This document shows positions 1 to 11,989 of a DNA stretch of 64,000 nt, in pieces. Location of the stretch: assembly GCA_030390025.1 (NCBI GenBank), contig CM059431.1, positions 144,276,001 through 144,340,000 of the forward strand. Reading direction: 5' to 3'. Made by a program: the position numbers and the translations under genes. Source of the DNA: Squalus acanthias (lineage: Eukaryota). How positions within the stretch are numbered: position 1 is the stretch's first letter; each line of letters begins with the position of its first letter. The notes beneath the pieces were generated by a model that saw only the letters and a program-made list of their open reading frames with translations, did not search any database and was not told the DNA's origin.

Positions 1-1004
1 TTAAGAGTCTGATGCTCTATCGACTCTCGCCGGCCCTGGTCAAATTCTCTGCTCTTGTCGCGTATTACAGCGAGGTGGCTGTTGGCTTCGCCCCAGGAGT
101 TCAACTTGTTCTACAAAACACAAACCAAGTTCTCCAGAATTCCAAGTTGTATCAGGAAGTCAACCATCAAACCATTCATTGACCATAGCGGTCCAGGCAA
201 TTTTCTGACAGCAAAGCTCTTTGTCAATATCTCTTGTTTATTTCCCGCTGTTCCCCGATACTCTCTGCATCTCTGGCTGTGTTTGTCTTTGTGTGGCCAC
301 CTACAGGTTAATTTTGAAAGGATACCAGTGTTTATGTCTGTTATATTAAATAAATTAGGATATCAAGCACTTCTCTCCATGACACTGGGGAACTAGTGAG
401 ACATTAGAATAAGGTACAAGTTATTGTGAAAAAGCAAAGCAAACATTACATGGTTCATCTATTATATTATATAACAGAGATCAAAATGTTACAATATTCC
501 GCACCTATTAATAACCGTATACTCGATTTATCGGGAACACAAAGGATAGCGAGAACAGTCTGCAGAATTATTGGTTGCACTATCTTTAGAAGAATAGCTC
601 AACTCTGACCGCACTTTACGATTCCGACCGGAATGCAGCTGAGATCAGTTCATACTCCCGCTTGAGTGAACAATCGGTGCCCCGTTGACAAAATCAAGTT
701 TCACACTATGGGCATATTTAAAGTCACTTGAACAACAAGGTGAGATTTTTCGCTTCAAGGTGCCGGGGAACAGCAACGGGAAAGTAATGCGACTAAACCC
801 ACGAAATTCTGTCCATTACAATTAAGGAACAGAAACTAAGCACAGGTATAATACGCTTCGACACGCCCGGGATCCCTGAAGCCAACAACTCTCTTGGAAA
901 CTAAGTTAGGTTCTTGCTGCCAAATATTTCTCATTCAGTGGCATGCTTATAACGATTGAAGCATTCGAAACAAGATTATAGTTACCGCTAACAGTGGTCT
1001 GCCC

Positions 1005-2862
1005 ATTCGGACTTACTGTTGTTGATGCTGCTCTATCATTACTCGTGGTGATCCTACTCTAATATTGCTGGTGGTGACCCCACTCTGACAGTATTGGTAC
1101 TGACGCAATTCTAACCTTACTGGTGATGACCCTACTCTAATATTACTGTCGGTGTCTCTATTCTAACATTACTGTGATGACCCTACTCTAATATGACTGG
1201 TGGTGACGCTGCTCTAACATTACTGACAGTGACCCTACTCTAATATTACTGACGGTGACTCTACTCTAACATTATTGACGGTGACTCAGCTATAACATTT
1301 TTGGTGATGATCCTGCACTTACATTAATGTTTTTGACACTAGTCTAACATTACTGTGTGTGAATTTACTCTAACATTACTCTTGGTGGCGTTATTCTATC
1401 ATTAGATTAGAGTCACCACCAGTAATGTTAGCGTAGGGTCAAAAGCAATAATTTTAGAGTAGTCTAACAACCAGTAATGTTAGAGTAGAGTTACCACCAT
1501 TAATGTTAGAGTGGAGACACCACCAGTAATGTTAAAATGGACTCACCACCAGTAATTTTAGAGTAGGCACACCATAAGTAATGTCATAGTAGATCCACTA
1601 CCAGCAATTCTAGAGTATTATCACCACCAGTAATGTTAGAGTAGAGTCACAACCTGTAATGTTAGAGTAGAGTCGCAACCAGTAATGTTAGAGCAGAGTA
1701 ACCACCAGTAATGTTAGAGTAGAGTCACCACCAGTAATGTTAGAGTTGGGTCACCACCAGTAATGTTAGAGTCGGGTCACCACCAGTAATGTTTGAGTAT
1801 TGTAACTACCAGTTATGATACAGTTGAGTCAACACCAGTAATGTTACAGTTTGGTCACAATCAGCAATATCAGAGTAGCGTGCCCACATTTCAAGTTAGA
1901 TCTGAGTCATCACCAGTAATGTCACTGTGTGGTTTCCAGCAGTAATGATAGAGTAGAGTCACCACCAGTAATGTTAGAGCAGGGCCACCACCAGTAATGT
2001 TAGAGTAGAGTTACCACCAGTAATGTTAGAGTAGAGTCACCACCAGTAATGTTAAAGTAGAGTCACCACAAGTCATGTTAGAGTAGGGACACCACCATTA
2101 ATGTTAGAGTAGGGACACCACCAGTAATGTTAGAGTAGATTCACCACAAGTCATGTTAGAGTAGGGACACCACCAGTAATGTTAGTGTAGGGTCACCACC
2201 ACTAATGTTAGAGTAGTATCAACATCAGTAATGTTAGCCTATATTCACCACCAGTTATTTAAGAGTAGAGTCACCACCCATACTTTTGCATTAAAGCCAA
2301 CACCAGTTAAGTTAGAATAGGTTTTCCAAAAGTAATATTAGTGTAGAGTCACTACCAGTTACGATAGAGTTGGGTCACCACCAGTAATTTTTAAGTACAG
2401 TCACCACTAGTAATGTTAGAATAGGGTCACCTAAAGTAATATTAAAGTAGAGTCACCACCATTAATGTTGGAGTAGGTTCAGCAGCAGTAATGTCAGTGT
2501 AGGCTCACGACCACTGATGTTAGTGTAGGGTCACCACCAGTAATGTTAGAGTAGGGTCACCACCAATTATTTTAGAGTAGGATCATCATCAGTAATGTTA
2601 GTCTAGATTCACCTCCACTAATTATAGAGTAGAGTCATCACCAATAAATTTTAAATAGAGTCACCGCCATCCATGATAAAATGGAGTCTACATCAGTAAT
2701 GTTAGAGTAGAGACATCATCATTAATGCTTGACTAGTTTCATCATCAGTAATGTTAGTGTAGAGTCACCACTAGTCATGTTAAAGTAGAGTCAACATCAG
2801 CAATGTTAGATTCGGGTCATACCAGTCATAATTGAGTGGAATCAGCATGAATAATGTTAGCG
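1005..2862. repeat. 26-bp minisatellite (consensus AGTAATGTTAGAGTAGRGTCACCACC) with an internal orientation switch at ~1404
   Basis: Units start at 1681, 1707, 1733 and 1759 (period 26). 1005-1403 reads CTCTAACATTACTGGTGGTGAC, the reverse complement of the 1404-2862 units. Confidence 0.95.
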
Positions 2863-3301
2863 TAAAATCTATGGACTGAGGTGCATTATTTCCCCATTGG
2901 TGTTCCAGGACACTGAAGCAGAAAATATTGCCTTGTTTGTTAAGTGACTGTAACTAACGCCAGTTATTGTGTAAGCGGATTTTCTCACCGGGGCACCGAG
3001 TGGTCTTAAAATGGGTAACATTTACGGATCTCAGATGCACTTGGGATGGAAATTTAAAGCAGGACCGAATTCACACCTTCTTCTATAATAAATAGAGTGA
3101 CAGCGCGCTACATCACCTGTATAAATTAAACAATTGTTTTGTGCTGAATTTGTCCGGTGGTGTCTTCTGTTCGTTCAAATTTAAAGTCAGACAAAAGTTA
3201 TCGTATGAATAGTAAACATTTGGAATAATTCGCAGCAGAGTCTCAATTGGGCTGAATCCTGTAATGCCAGCCCGTAAGAAAACTTCTCACACTAAAATAC
3301 A

Positions 3302-5796
3302 ATGATTGATGAGCGGAAGATTTGCTACCCAATTATTATTCTCATTGGTGTCCCAGGTAAGTCTTTCCAACCCGTTATTGCTTTGTATGGAGCGATTTAG
3401 ACTGTATTATCGCTATTGGTGCCTGCCGGATGATGAGGCGTTTCTCAGTGTTTTTTATAAAGTTGTCTCTTCACTTTCCTTTGGTTGTTCACTGCCCACC
3501 AGTCGCAGTCTTCTCTGTTCTTGGTAAGATGGGCCTTGAATTTAAGCAGCAACTTATCGCAAATCGAATCGCTCCACAACTAACCAATGACTTTTATTGT
3601 CTGACAAGTAAAGAGACAGATGGGCCGGTCGTTCACTGGTGACCGGACTTATCATCACTACTGAGCCCCAAGCAGTCTCCAGATTATATATCGGGACTGG
3701 TGTTAGATCACCAATGTGTGCTCGTGGATTACCCTGAAAATATCAGAGTGCTAATATTTTACTCATATGCTATAGTAAGAACAGCTCTTATTTAAAGCCG
3801 CGGTAATGTTGACCTTTCAGGTTAATTAAATGTTTGAAGCATTCTCACTTGTGCTGTACATCTCCAAAATGGACTGTGAATACCTGAGTCAGCCCCAACA
3901 TTCCCGGTCCAATCACACTGCGCGCCACAATCGGAACTCTTTCCTTCAAAATGGTCCTGACGGTTAAAATGTGTAGTCAGAATATAAAGTATAAACAAAT
4001 GATATCGTTCAGAATCATGTAACATTTTATCACATGATCTACTGTGGCTGTAGCTGTAGAATCCTGTTCCCCTTTCCTGCTTCCACTCTCTACAATTCAG
4101 ACTGACACGGGCTAGGTGGTGAAGATATATATTGTGGTGAGGTGGTTAATTTCTCCCGAAATCTTTCTTCGCCTTTTAATGTTACTTCCTCCTTTTTATA
4201 TTTTCTGATCCAGTTCAATCCGATGTGTCCGTATTTATTCCCATCTGCCTCCGTTAACCTTTATACGCTCGTAGTTTCATTTATTTTATATTCTCTACAG
4301 ATCCCCACACCACCGTCGATCATCTGCAAGCCTTTTCACTATTAAAATACGTTTCTCTATTTTGCAATGTGTCAGCCGCACTCTTGCCTCTGCGTCAGAA
4401 GGTTTCATGCAGGCTACCACTCCAATGCAGTACTGAGGAATGGGCCGGTTTTCGGATGAAATACTAAACCGAGGCCGCGTAACATATCTCAGGTGGATGT
4501 GAAAGATACAATGGCACTGTTTCGAAGTAGAGCAGGGGAGTGCTCCCCGGTTTCCTGGCCAATATTTATCCCTCAGCCAACATCACTGAAAGAGATTATC
4601 TGGTCATTATCAGATTGCGGTTTGAAGATCTTGGCTGCTGTGTTTTTAACATTAGAATATCAAAAATGTAAAACGTGGCTACAAAGCGCTTTGGGACGTC
4701 CTGAGATCATCAAAGGTTCTTTATCAATGCAAGTGTTTCTATATTCTAACAGGTTAGTTATAAAAATATCGCTCAGAAATTAAAGAGCAATTGTCCTCAC
4801 GGGATGGAAGAAATTAAACTTTTAGTTGCACAAACATTCTGTTTGATTGTAATTTTGTGGTTTAACATAATTCTGCCGTATCTTTCTCTCTTTGTTCCAG
4901 TTAACCTGGTGGCGATCCCCATCCTGTGCCGAGGAAAGTGCGGTCTCTCCCAATGTGTCACTCGCTACCTGGTGGCGATGGCAGTAGCGGACCTAATGGC
5001 GGTGATCATTGAAGTCCTGTTGTACCGGATTAATGACACCTATTGGATATTTCCATCCCTGGAGCATGCTCCATTCTGTCTTGTCCATTATGTCCTGTGT
5101 CACGTGACAGTGGATTGTTCTGTTTGGCTCACCGTCGCTTTCACTTTCGATCGCTTTGTAGCCATTTGCTGCCCGAAGTTTAAGTTGAAATATTGCATCC
5201 CGAAAATTGCGGCTGTAGTTATTACCACAATATGTCTGGGGTTTTGTTTAAAGAACATCCCCTTTTATTTATTGTATATGGGATCAAGTTATTATGTTCG
5301 CGGGAGTCTGAGGTGTTTGGGGAAACTAGCCCTTCCCATGTCGGAAGCGTTTGAGGGGTTTTACTGTTTGGACCGTCTGTTGACGCCGCTGCTTGCTTTC
5401 TTTCTCATTTTGCTCCTTAATGCTCTGACAGTCAGCCAGATTATTGCAGCCAGTAGAGTCCGCAGGGGGCTCAGGACCCGGAGTAATGGCGAGAAGTAGA
5501 GAGATCCAGAGATGGAGAACCGGAGACAATCCATCATTCTGCTCTTCACCCTGTCGAGCGGTTTTATTCTCTGTTGGATGACAACTACTCTGGTCTTCAT
5601 TCTCAGCCGATGTCTTTACACAGACCTGGAAACGTCTATTCGTCTTATTCAGGCAAAAAATGTTGGCACAGCAATTCAGCTTTTCAGCTGCTGCACAAAC
5701 ACCTTCATTTATGGAGTGACCCAGACGAAATTCAGAGAGCATTTGAGGAGCGCGGTGGTGTACCTTGTTACTCTCGTTGCTAAATTAGTTCGATAA
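3302..5796 (+). pseudogene. GPR139/GPR142-like class A GPCR, probable pseudogene (exon 1 3302-3356, exon 2 4901-5796, in-frame TAG at 5497-5499)
   Basis: Exon 1 reads MIDERKICYPIIILIGVP-G|GTAAGT. The acceptor ctctctttgttccag|TTAAC is phase 1 and gives VNLVAIPILCRGKCGLS. Motifs AMAVADL, TFDRFVAICCP and CCTNTFIY are present. The ORF stops at GEK* and resumes in frame as RDPEMENRRQSIILLF. Confidence 0.85.
4378..4740 (+). mobile_element. Deu-domain SINE (SacSINE1/AmnSINE1-like), internally deleted, in the GPCR intron
   Basis: CTCAGGTGGATGTGAAAGAT...GGCACTGTTTCGAAG...CCTGGCCAATATTTATCCCTCA core and an L2-type tail AAAGCGCTTTGGGACGTCCTGAG...AATGCAAGT. Similar copies lie at 41370-41800, 48750-49127 and 59590-59870. 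Confidence 0.75.
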
Positions 5797-6561
5797 TGTG
5801 TACCGCACAGATGTGTACCGCGTCAGTTAATGTTCTAGTTTTGCAACAGAGCCGAGATGACCGGAAACCTCGCTGAACAAGACTACAATCCACCCTCTGC
5901 GGTCTAACCTGCTGAACTTAACCCTTCTCGAGGTGAGAGTGCCCCTCCTCCCGACTCCTCCATTGTTTCCATTGTCTGCGTCAGGGTACTTGCCTGTTTT
6001 ATAATTCTATTTACAGTTAGGACTGATTTACAAGTGATCCTTATTTGGTTCCTGTCGAATATTGTCATATCACCCCATTGCTCTTATGTCGAACTAAATT
6101 AAGATATCTTCATACATCCTTTACCTCTGATACAAGTTCGAGGGCTAGGAAACACGAACACATCTTATTAATGCATTTAATTAAATCATGTCAATGTTAT
6201 AATGAAACACTAATCCTTAAATGCAGGGTATATGAGATAGAGGTACTGATAATAACATTATAACACCCGTGGCAACGGCTCCTTCAGGAGATCGCAAGCC
6301 TGTCGCCTTGACTGCTTAAGCTGGCCTCAGCAGGACCAGGCTCAAAGTCCCCAAAGAGCTCCAGTGTGTTGTATCGTTTGTATGTTTCCCCTACGCCGCG
6401 TAATGCTCCGATTCAAACCTTCACATTTTACACCAATTTATATTCCCATCTGTGGTCCGGAACTTCACTTGTTTCTCTATTATCAAACTTGTGATCCGAT
6501 TCTTTTTTCTATCAGTTAACCACTTCTGAACCTGATTCAGCACAAACCTTTCACACATATT

Positions 6562-7305
6562 GGCCCAAAAATTAGTGAGGGAGCCTTCGTGCGAGGGTAC
6601 GGCTTCCCCACGATCTCTCACTGCGCGCTGGCTTTTTCATTTCCAGCTCGCACGAACTTGATGTTCTAGACATCAGCTGGGCAGTGCTTGCGTATCCCAC
6701 AGGCGTAGTTAATTCGTGCGAGCTGTGGGATCACGTGATTCAGTTAGCGCCAATGGCAGCACACCATCTTTCATTCATAGCTTTCACAATCAAGTGCTGT
6801 GAAAGCTATGAATCTATACCCCCCAAAAGAACAGCTAAACCACAATTAATTTTTTTAAAACCCCATCACATTAATAAAATAAGTATAGTTAAATAAATTA
6901 ACCACTTTAAACAAAAAATTAAATTTTTGAAAAAATTTAAAATCTTTTTAAAAATTATAAAAATAAACTTACCTTTCTTTAAAGTCTCTAAAAAAGATAT
7001 ACCTGTTGAAAAAAATTCAAAATAATACTTAATTAACTAATTACCTTGTTAAAAGAGGGTCTGACGCCTCCTTTCTTTATGTGCAAAATCTTCCATGCTT
7101 ACCTGCGCGTCCAAAGCACTAAGTGCACTGCGTGCGCGCAGCCTGTAGCGCGCACGCGGAATCACCTAGGAACCGCCCCCTTTTGAAATCAACAAGTGCC
7201 GGTTTTCAGCGCATGCGCAGTGCATGCAGAAAACCGGCAATTGGAGACAGAATACGCGAGAGTACACAGTGCGTACTCTCGCGGAGAGGCACTAATTTTT
7301 GGGCC
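6562..7305 (+). mobile_element. Non-autonomous TIR DNA transposon (MITE), copy 1 of 3
   Basis: TIRs GGCCCAAAAATTAGTG / CACTAATTTTTGGGCC. Colinear with 16270-17011 and, inverted, with 19916-20677. Confidence 0.9.
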
Positions 7306-7310
7306 AAATA

Positions 7311-10300
7311 GCATCTAACATCCTCCCTATGACAGATGATAAACTAACTGGCCTGTAGTTTCCTGCTTTCTGTCTCCCTTCCTTTTATAATAAAGGAGTT
7401 ACATTCGCTATTTACCAATCTAATGGAATCTTCCCCGAATCGAAAGATATTTGGAAAATTAAAACCAACGCATCAACTATCTCACTAGACACTTCTTTTA
7501 AGACCCTAGGATGAAAACCATCAGAACACGGGAACTTGTAAGCCCGCAGCTCCAATAATTTGCTCAGTACCACTTCCCTGGAGTTCCTCCCTCCCTTCCA
7601 TTTCCTGATTTACAGCTATTTCTGGGATGTTACTTGTATTCTCTACAGTGAAGGCCGATGCAAAATACCTGTTCAATTCAATTGCCATTTCCTTATTTTC
7701 CATTATTAATTCCCCAGACTCACTTTGTATAGGACCAACGATCACTTTGTTAAACCTTTTCTTTTTAAATATCTCTTGTATCTCATACTATCTGTTTTTA
7801 TATTTTTAGCTAGCTTTCTCTCGTACTCTAATTTTTCTCACCTTATTAATCTTTTAGTTATTCTTTGCTGTTTTTTTTATATTCTGTCCAATCTTCTGAC
7901 CTGCCACCTATCTTTGCGCAATGATATGCTTTTTCTTTAAGTTTAATACTATCTTTTACCTTTTCCAGTTAACCACGGATGGTGGGTCCTCCCCCTTGGA
8001 ATTATTATTTCTTGTTGGAATGTATATATTATGTGTATTCTGAAATATCCCCTTAAGTGTCTGCCACTGCAACTCTATTGACCTATCCCTTAACCTAATT
8101 TGCCAGTTCAGTATAGTTAGCTCTGCTTTCATACCCTCATAATTTCCCTTATTTAAGTATAAAATACTAGTCTTGGACCCACTCTTCTATACCTCAAACT
8201 GAATGTAAAAGTCAATCATATTATAATCGCTGCTACCTAGGGGCGCCTTCACTATGAGGTCATTAATTAATCCTATCTCGTTGCACAATACCAGGTCTAG
8301 TATAGCCTGCTCTCTGGTTGGCTCCGGAATGTGCTCTTCGAAGTAACTATCCCGAAAACATTCCATGAACTCCTCATCTTGGCTACGTTTGCCCGTCTGA
8401 TTTTTCCACTCTATATGTAGATTAAATCCCCCATGATTATTGCTGTACCTTTCGGACAAGCTCCCATTATTTCTTCCTTTATACTCCATGCTACCGTATG
8501 GCTACAGTTAGGGTCCTGTACACCTCTCCCACAAGTGACTTCTTGCCTTTATCATTTCTCATCTCTACCCAAACCGCTTCTACATCCTAGTTTCCTGAAC
8601 TTAGGTCATCACTCGCTATTGTGCTAATACCATCATTAATTAACAGACCCATGGCTCCACCTATTCCTAGCATCCTGTCCTTCCTAAATGTAATGTACCG
8701 TTCAATATTCAGGTCCCAATGTATGTCATCCAGCAGCCATGTTTCTGTAATGGCTATCAGATCGTACTTATTTATTCCTATTTGCGCTATCAGTTCATCT
8801 GTTTTGTTTCGAATGCTACGTGCATTCAAATGCGGAGCCTTTAGTTTTGTCATTTTATTATTTTTATAACCTCTAGCCTTATCTGTTGATTTACTCTTAG
8901 TTTTGTACTCTCTATCCCTTCCTGTCACGGGCTGTTTATCATTTCCCACCTTAATGCCTTTCTCTATTGCCTTGTCTCTACTCTTTGATTTACCACATCT
9001 TCCCAAATGTGATCCCTTGTCCTCAACATTTAGTTTAAAACCCTCTCTAACGCCCTAGGTATATGAATCGCCAGAACACTGGTCCCAGCATGGTTCAGGT
9101 GAAGTACGTCCCAATGATAAAGATACCACTTTACCCAGTACTGGTGCCCGTGCCCAAGGAATCGCAACCCATTTCTCCAACACCAGTCTTTGAGCCACGC
9201 ATTCATCTCTCTAATTTAATTTACGCTATGCCAATTTTCTCGTGGCTCAGGTAATAATGCAGACAATATTACCCTTGGTGTTCTGCTTTTTAATTTAGCC
9301 GAAGCTGCCCATACTTACTCGGCAAAAGCTCTTTCCTATTTCTACCTATGTCGTTGGTACCCACATGGACCACGACCACGGGCTACTCCCCTTCCCACTA
9401 CACTTTCCTTTCCAGCCCAGAGCAGATTTTCCGAACCCTGGCACCGGGCAGGCAAAACGGCCCTCTGGTCTCTCGCTCTTGGCCGCAGAGAGCTGTATCC
9501 ATCGCCCTGACTATGCTGTCCCCGATTACCACTACATTCCTGTTAACTCCCCCCGCTTGAATGGCTTCCTGTACCTCGGTGCCATGGTCAGTTTGCTCAT
9601 CCACCCTGCTGTCACCGCTTTTATCCATACAGGCCGCAAGAACCTCAAACCAGTTGGACAATTGCAAAGGCTGAGGCTCCACCACTTCTTGGGTTCCCAT
9701 ACCTGCCTCACTCGCGGTCACATCATCCTGTCGCTGACCACTGACCAAATAAGAAGACCCTATCATAAGGGGAGTGACTGCCGCCTGGAATAAAGTGTCC
9801 AGGTAACATTCCCTCTCGCTGATGCATCGCAGTGTCTGCAGTTCGGCCTCCAGCTCATCAACTCTGAGCCGATGCTCCTCGAGCCGCAGAAGTTAACCGC
9901 AGGCATGTTCGTCCTGGATCATACTGATGTCGAGGAGCTCCCACATACTGCAGTAGCAACACAACACCTGCCCTGCAATCTTTATTGAGTCTTAATTAAT
10001 TTAGAAACATGGAAAAAATAGGAGCAAGAGTTGGCCATTCGGCCCTTCGAGCCTGCTCCTCAATTCAATATGATCATGGCTGATCCTGCATCTCAATGCC
10101 ATATTTCCGCTTCTACCCATAACCCTTGGTGCCTTTTGTGTCTAGAAATCTATCTATCTCTTTCTTAAATATATTCAGTAACTTGGCTTCTACAGCCTTC
10201 TGTGGTAGAGAATTCCACAGGTTCACCACCCTCTGAGTGAAGGAATTGCTCCTCATCTCAGGCCTAAAGGTCCTACTCCGTATCCTGAGACTGTGACCCC

Positions 10301-11575
10301 TCGTTCTAGACCTCCCAGCCAGGGGAAACATCCTCTCTGCTTCAAGTCTCTCTAGTCCGGTCAGAATTTTATACGTTTCAATGAGATCCCCTCTCATTCT
10401 TCTAAACTCTAGTGAATACAGGCCTAATCGAGCCAATCTCTCGTCATACGACCGTCCTGCTATCCCTGGAATCAGTCTGGTGAAACTTCGCTGCACTCAC
10501 TCTATGGCAAGTATATCCTTTCTTGGGTAAGGAGACCAAAGCAGCACTCAATCCTCCAGGTGTGGTCTCACCAAGGCCCTGTTGAACTGTAGTAAGACAT
10601 CGCTTCTCCTTTACTCAAATCCTCTTACAATGACCAACATACCATTTGCCTTCATAACTGCCTGCTGCACCTGCATGTTGGCTATTAGTGACTGGTGTAC
10701 AAGGACAACCAGGTCCATTTGTACATCAACATTTCCCAATCAATAACCATTTAAATAATACTCTGCCTTTCTGTTTTTCCTACCAAAGTGGATAACTTCA
10801 CATTTATCCACGTATACTGCTTCTTCCATGTATTTGCCCACTCACTCAACTTGTCTAAATCGCCTTGAAGCGTCTTTGCACCCTCTTCACAACTCACAAT
10901 CCCTCCTAGTTTCGTTTCGTCAGCAAACTTGGAAATATTAAATTTGGTTCCCTCATCCAAATATTGATATATATTGTGAAAAGCTGGGGCCCAAGCACTG
11001 ATCGCTGCGGTACCCCACAAGTCACCGCCTGCCACACCGAAAAAGACCCATTTACTCCTACTCTCTGTTTCCTGTCTGTTAACCAATTTTCAATCTATGC
11101 CAGTATATTACCACCAATTCCACGTGCTTTAAATTTGCACATTAACCTCTTATGTGGGACTTTAACAAAGGCCTTCTGAAAATCCTTTTTAATAATGAAT
11201 AAATCCTACTACACCCAATAAGATTTATTATTGCTAGTAAACTTAACTATTACTAATGAAACCTTACAATTACTAATACATTTCCTGGGCTTTAAAAGAT
11301 AAGAGAAGTGAGCAAAATTCTCACCAACCAATCACTTACCCTTTTCCCTGTGATGTCACCTTTTATTTTTCTCCGAATGCGGTTGGGGTGTTTCACTGAG
11401 CCGAACTCCCACTGGTTCTCTGTCCCCTCTCAAGCAGCTTTTTAACTCCTGTTCTCCTGGAGGCTGACAAAGAGAGAAAAAGAAGAAAGGAGCACCTCCC
11501 TCCCCGAACTCCCTTACTCACCAAACTCACAGGTTTACACTCTTTCCCAAGCTGCTCTCCGTGACAAACTGCACA
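7311..11575 (-). mobile_element. CR1 LINE retaining 5'UTR, ORF1 (SGNH/GDSL esterase-like) and the APE endonuclease/RT N-terminus; 3' part missing; interrupted by a second CR1 at ~10003-11185
   Basis: ORF 9398-9766 has LSNWFEVL...VVVIGDSIVR...CLPGARV. ORF 8587-9006 has LNARSIRNK...IAITETWL. ORF 8187-8489 has PTREQAILDLVL. Several frameshifts. Confidence 0.9.
10003..11185 (-). mobile_element. 5'-truncated CR1 LINE (RT C-terminus and 3'UTR) nested in the older CR1
   Basis: KFADETKLGG; LGLYSLEFRRMRGDLIETYKI; FTQRVVNLWNSLP; 3' hairpin GGCCATTCGGCC. Confidence 0.9.
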
Positions 11576-11815
11576 CATTACAGGGGTTTAAGGAGAACCT
11601 TTCTCACCCAGAGGGTGGTGGGGGTGCAACTCAGTGCCTTAAAAGGTGGTAGAGGCAGAAATCGTCACTGCCTTCAAAAAGTACTTGGATATGCACTTGA
11701 AGTGCCGTAATCTAAAAGACTACGCACCAACGACCTGGATAGCATTTATCAGACAGCAAAGACACGATGGACCGAATGGTCTCCTTCAGCGCATTAAATT
11801 TATATGATTCTATAA
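11576..11815 (+). mobile_element. CR1 3' end fragment
   Basis: TTTCTCACCCAGAGGGTGGTG...ATGGACCGAATGGTCTCCT...TATGATTCTAT tail. Confidence 0.8.
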
Positions 11816-11989
11816 GTCAGGATAACGTGTGACCTGGACAGAAACTTGGAGGTGGTGGTGTTCCCATGCGCCTGCTCCCCTTTTACTTTAAGTGGTAGAA
11901 GTCGCGGGTTTTCAGATGCTGTTGAAGAAGAAATGCCGATTTGTTGCAGTGCATCTTGCAGATGGTATAGATTGCAGCCATGTTGGGCT

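Noticed and set aside
1005..2862. CRISPR-like appearance of the 26-bp, 49-bp and 78-bp arrays
   Set aside because: Units are contiguous with no unique spacers, there are no cas genes, and the context is vertebrate.
4804..4900. ORF-track N-termini of the three GPCRs (also 26491-26512 and 45628-45700)
   Set aside because: They run through polypyrimidine tracts and acceptors. True exon 1 sequences are present upstream for copies 1 and 3.
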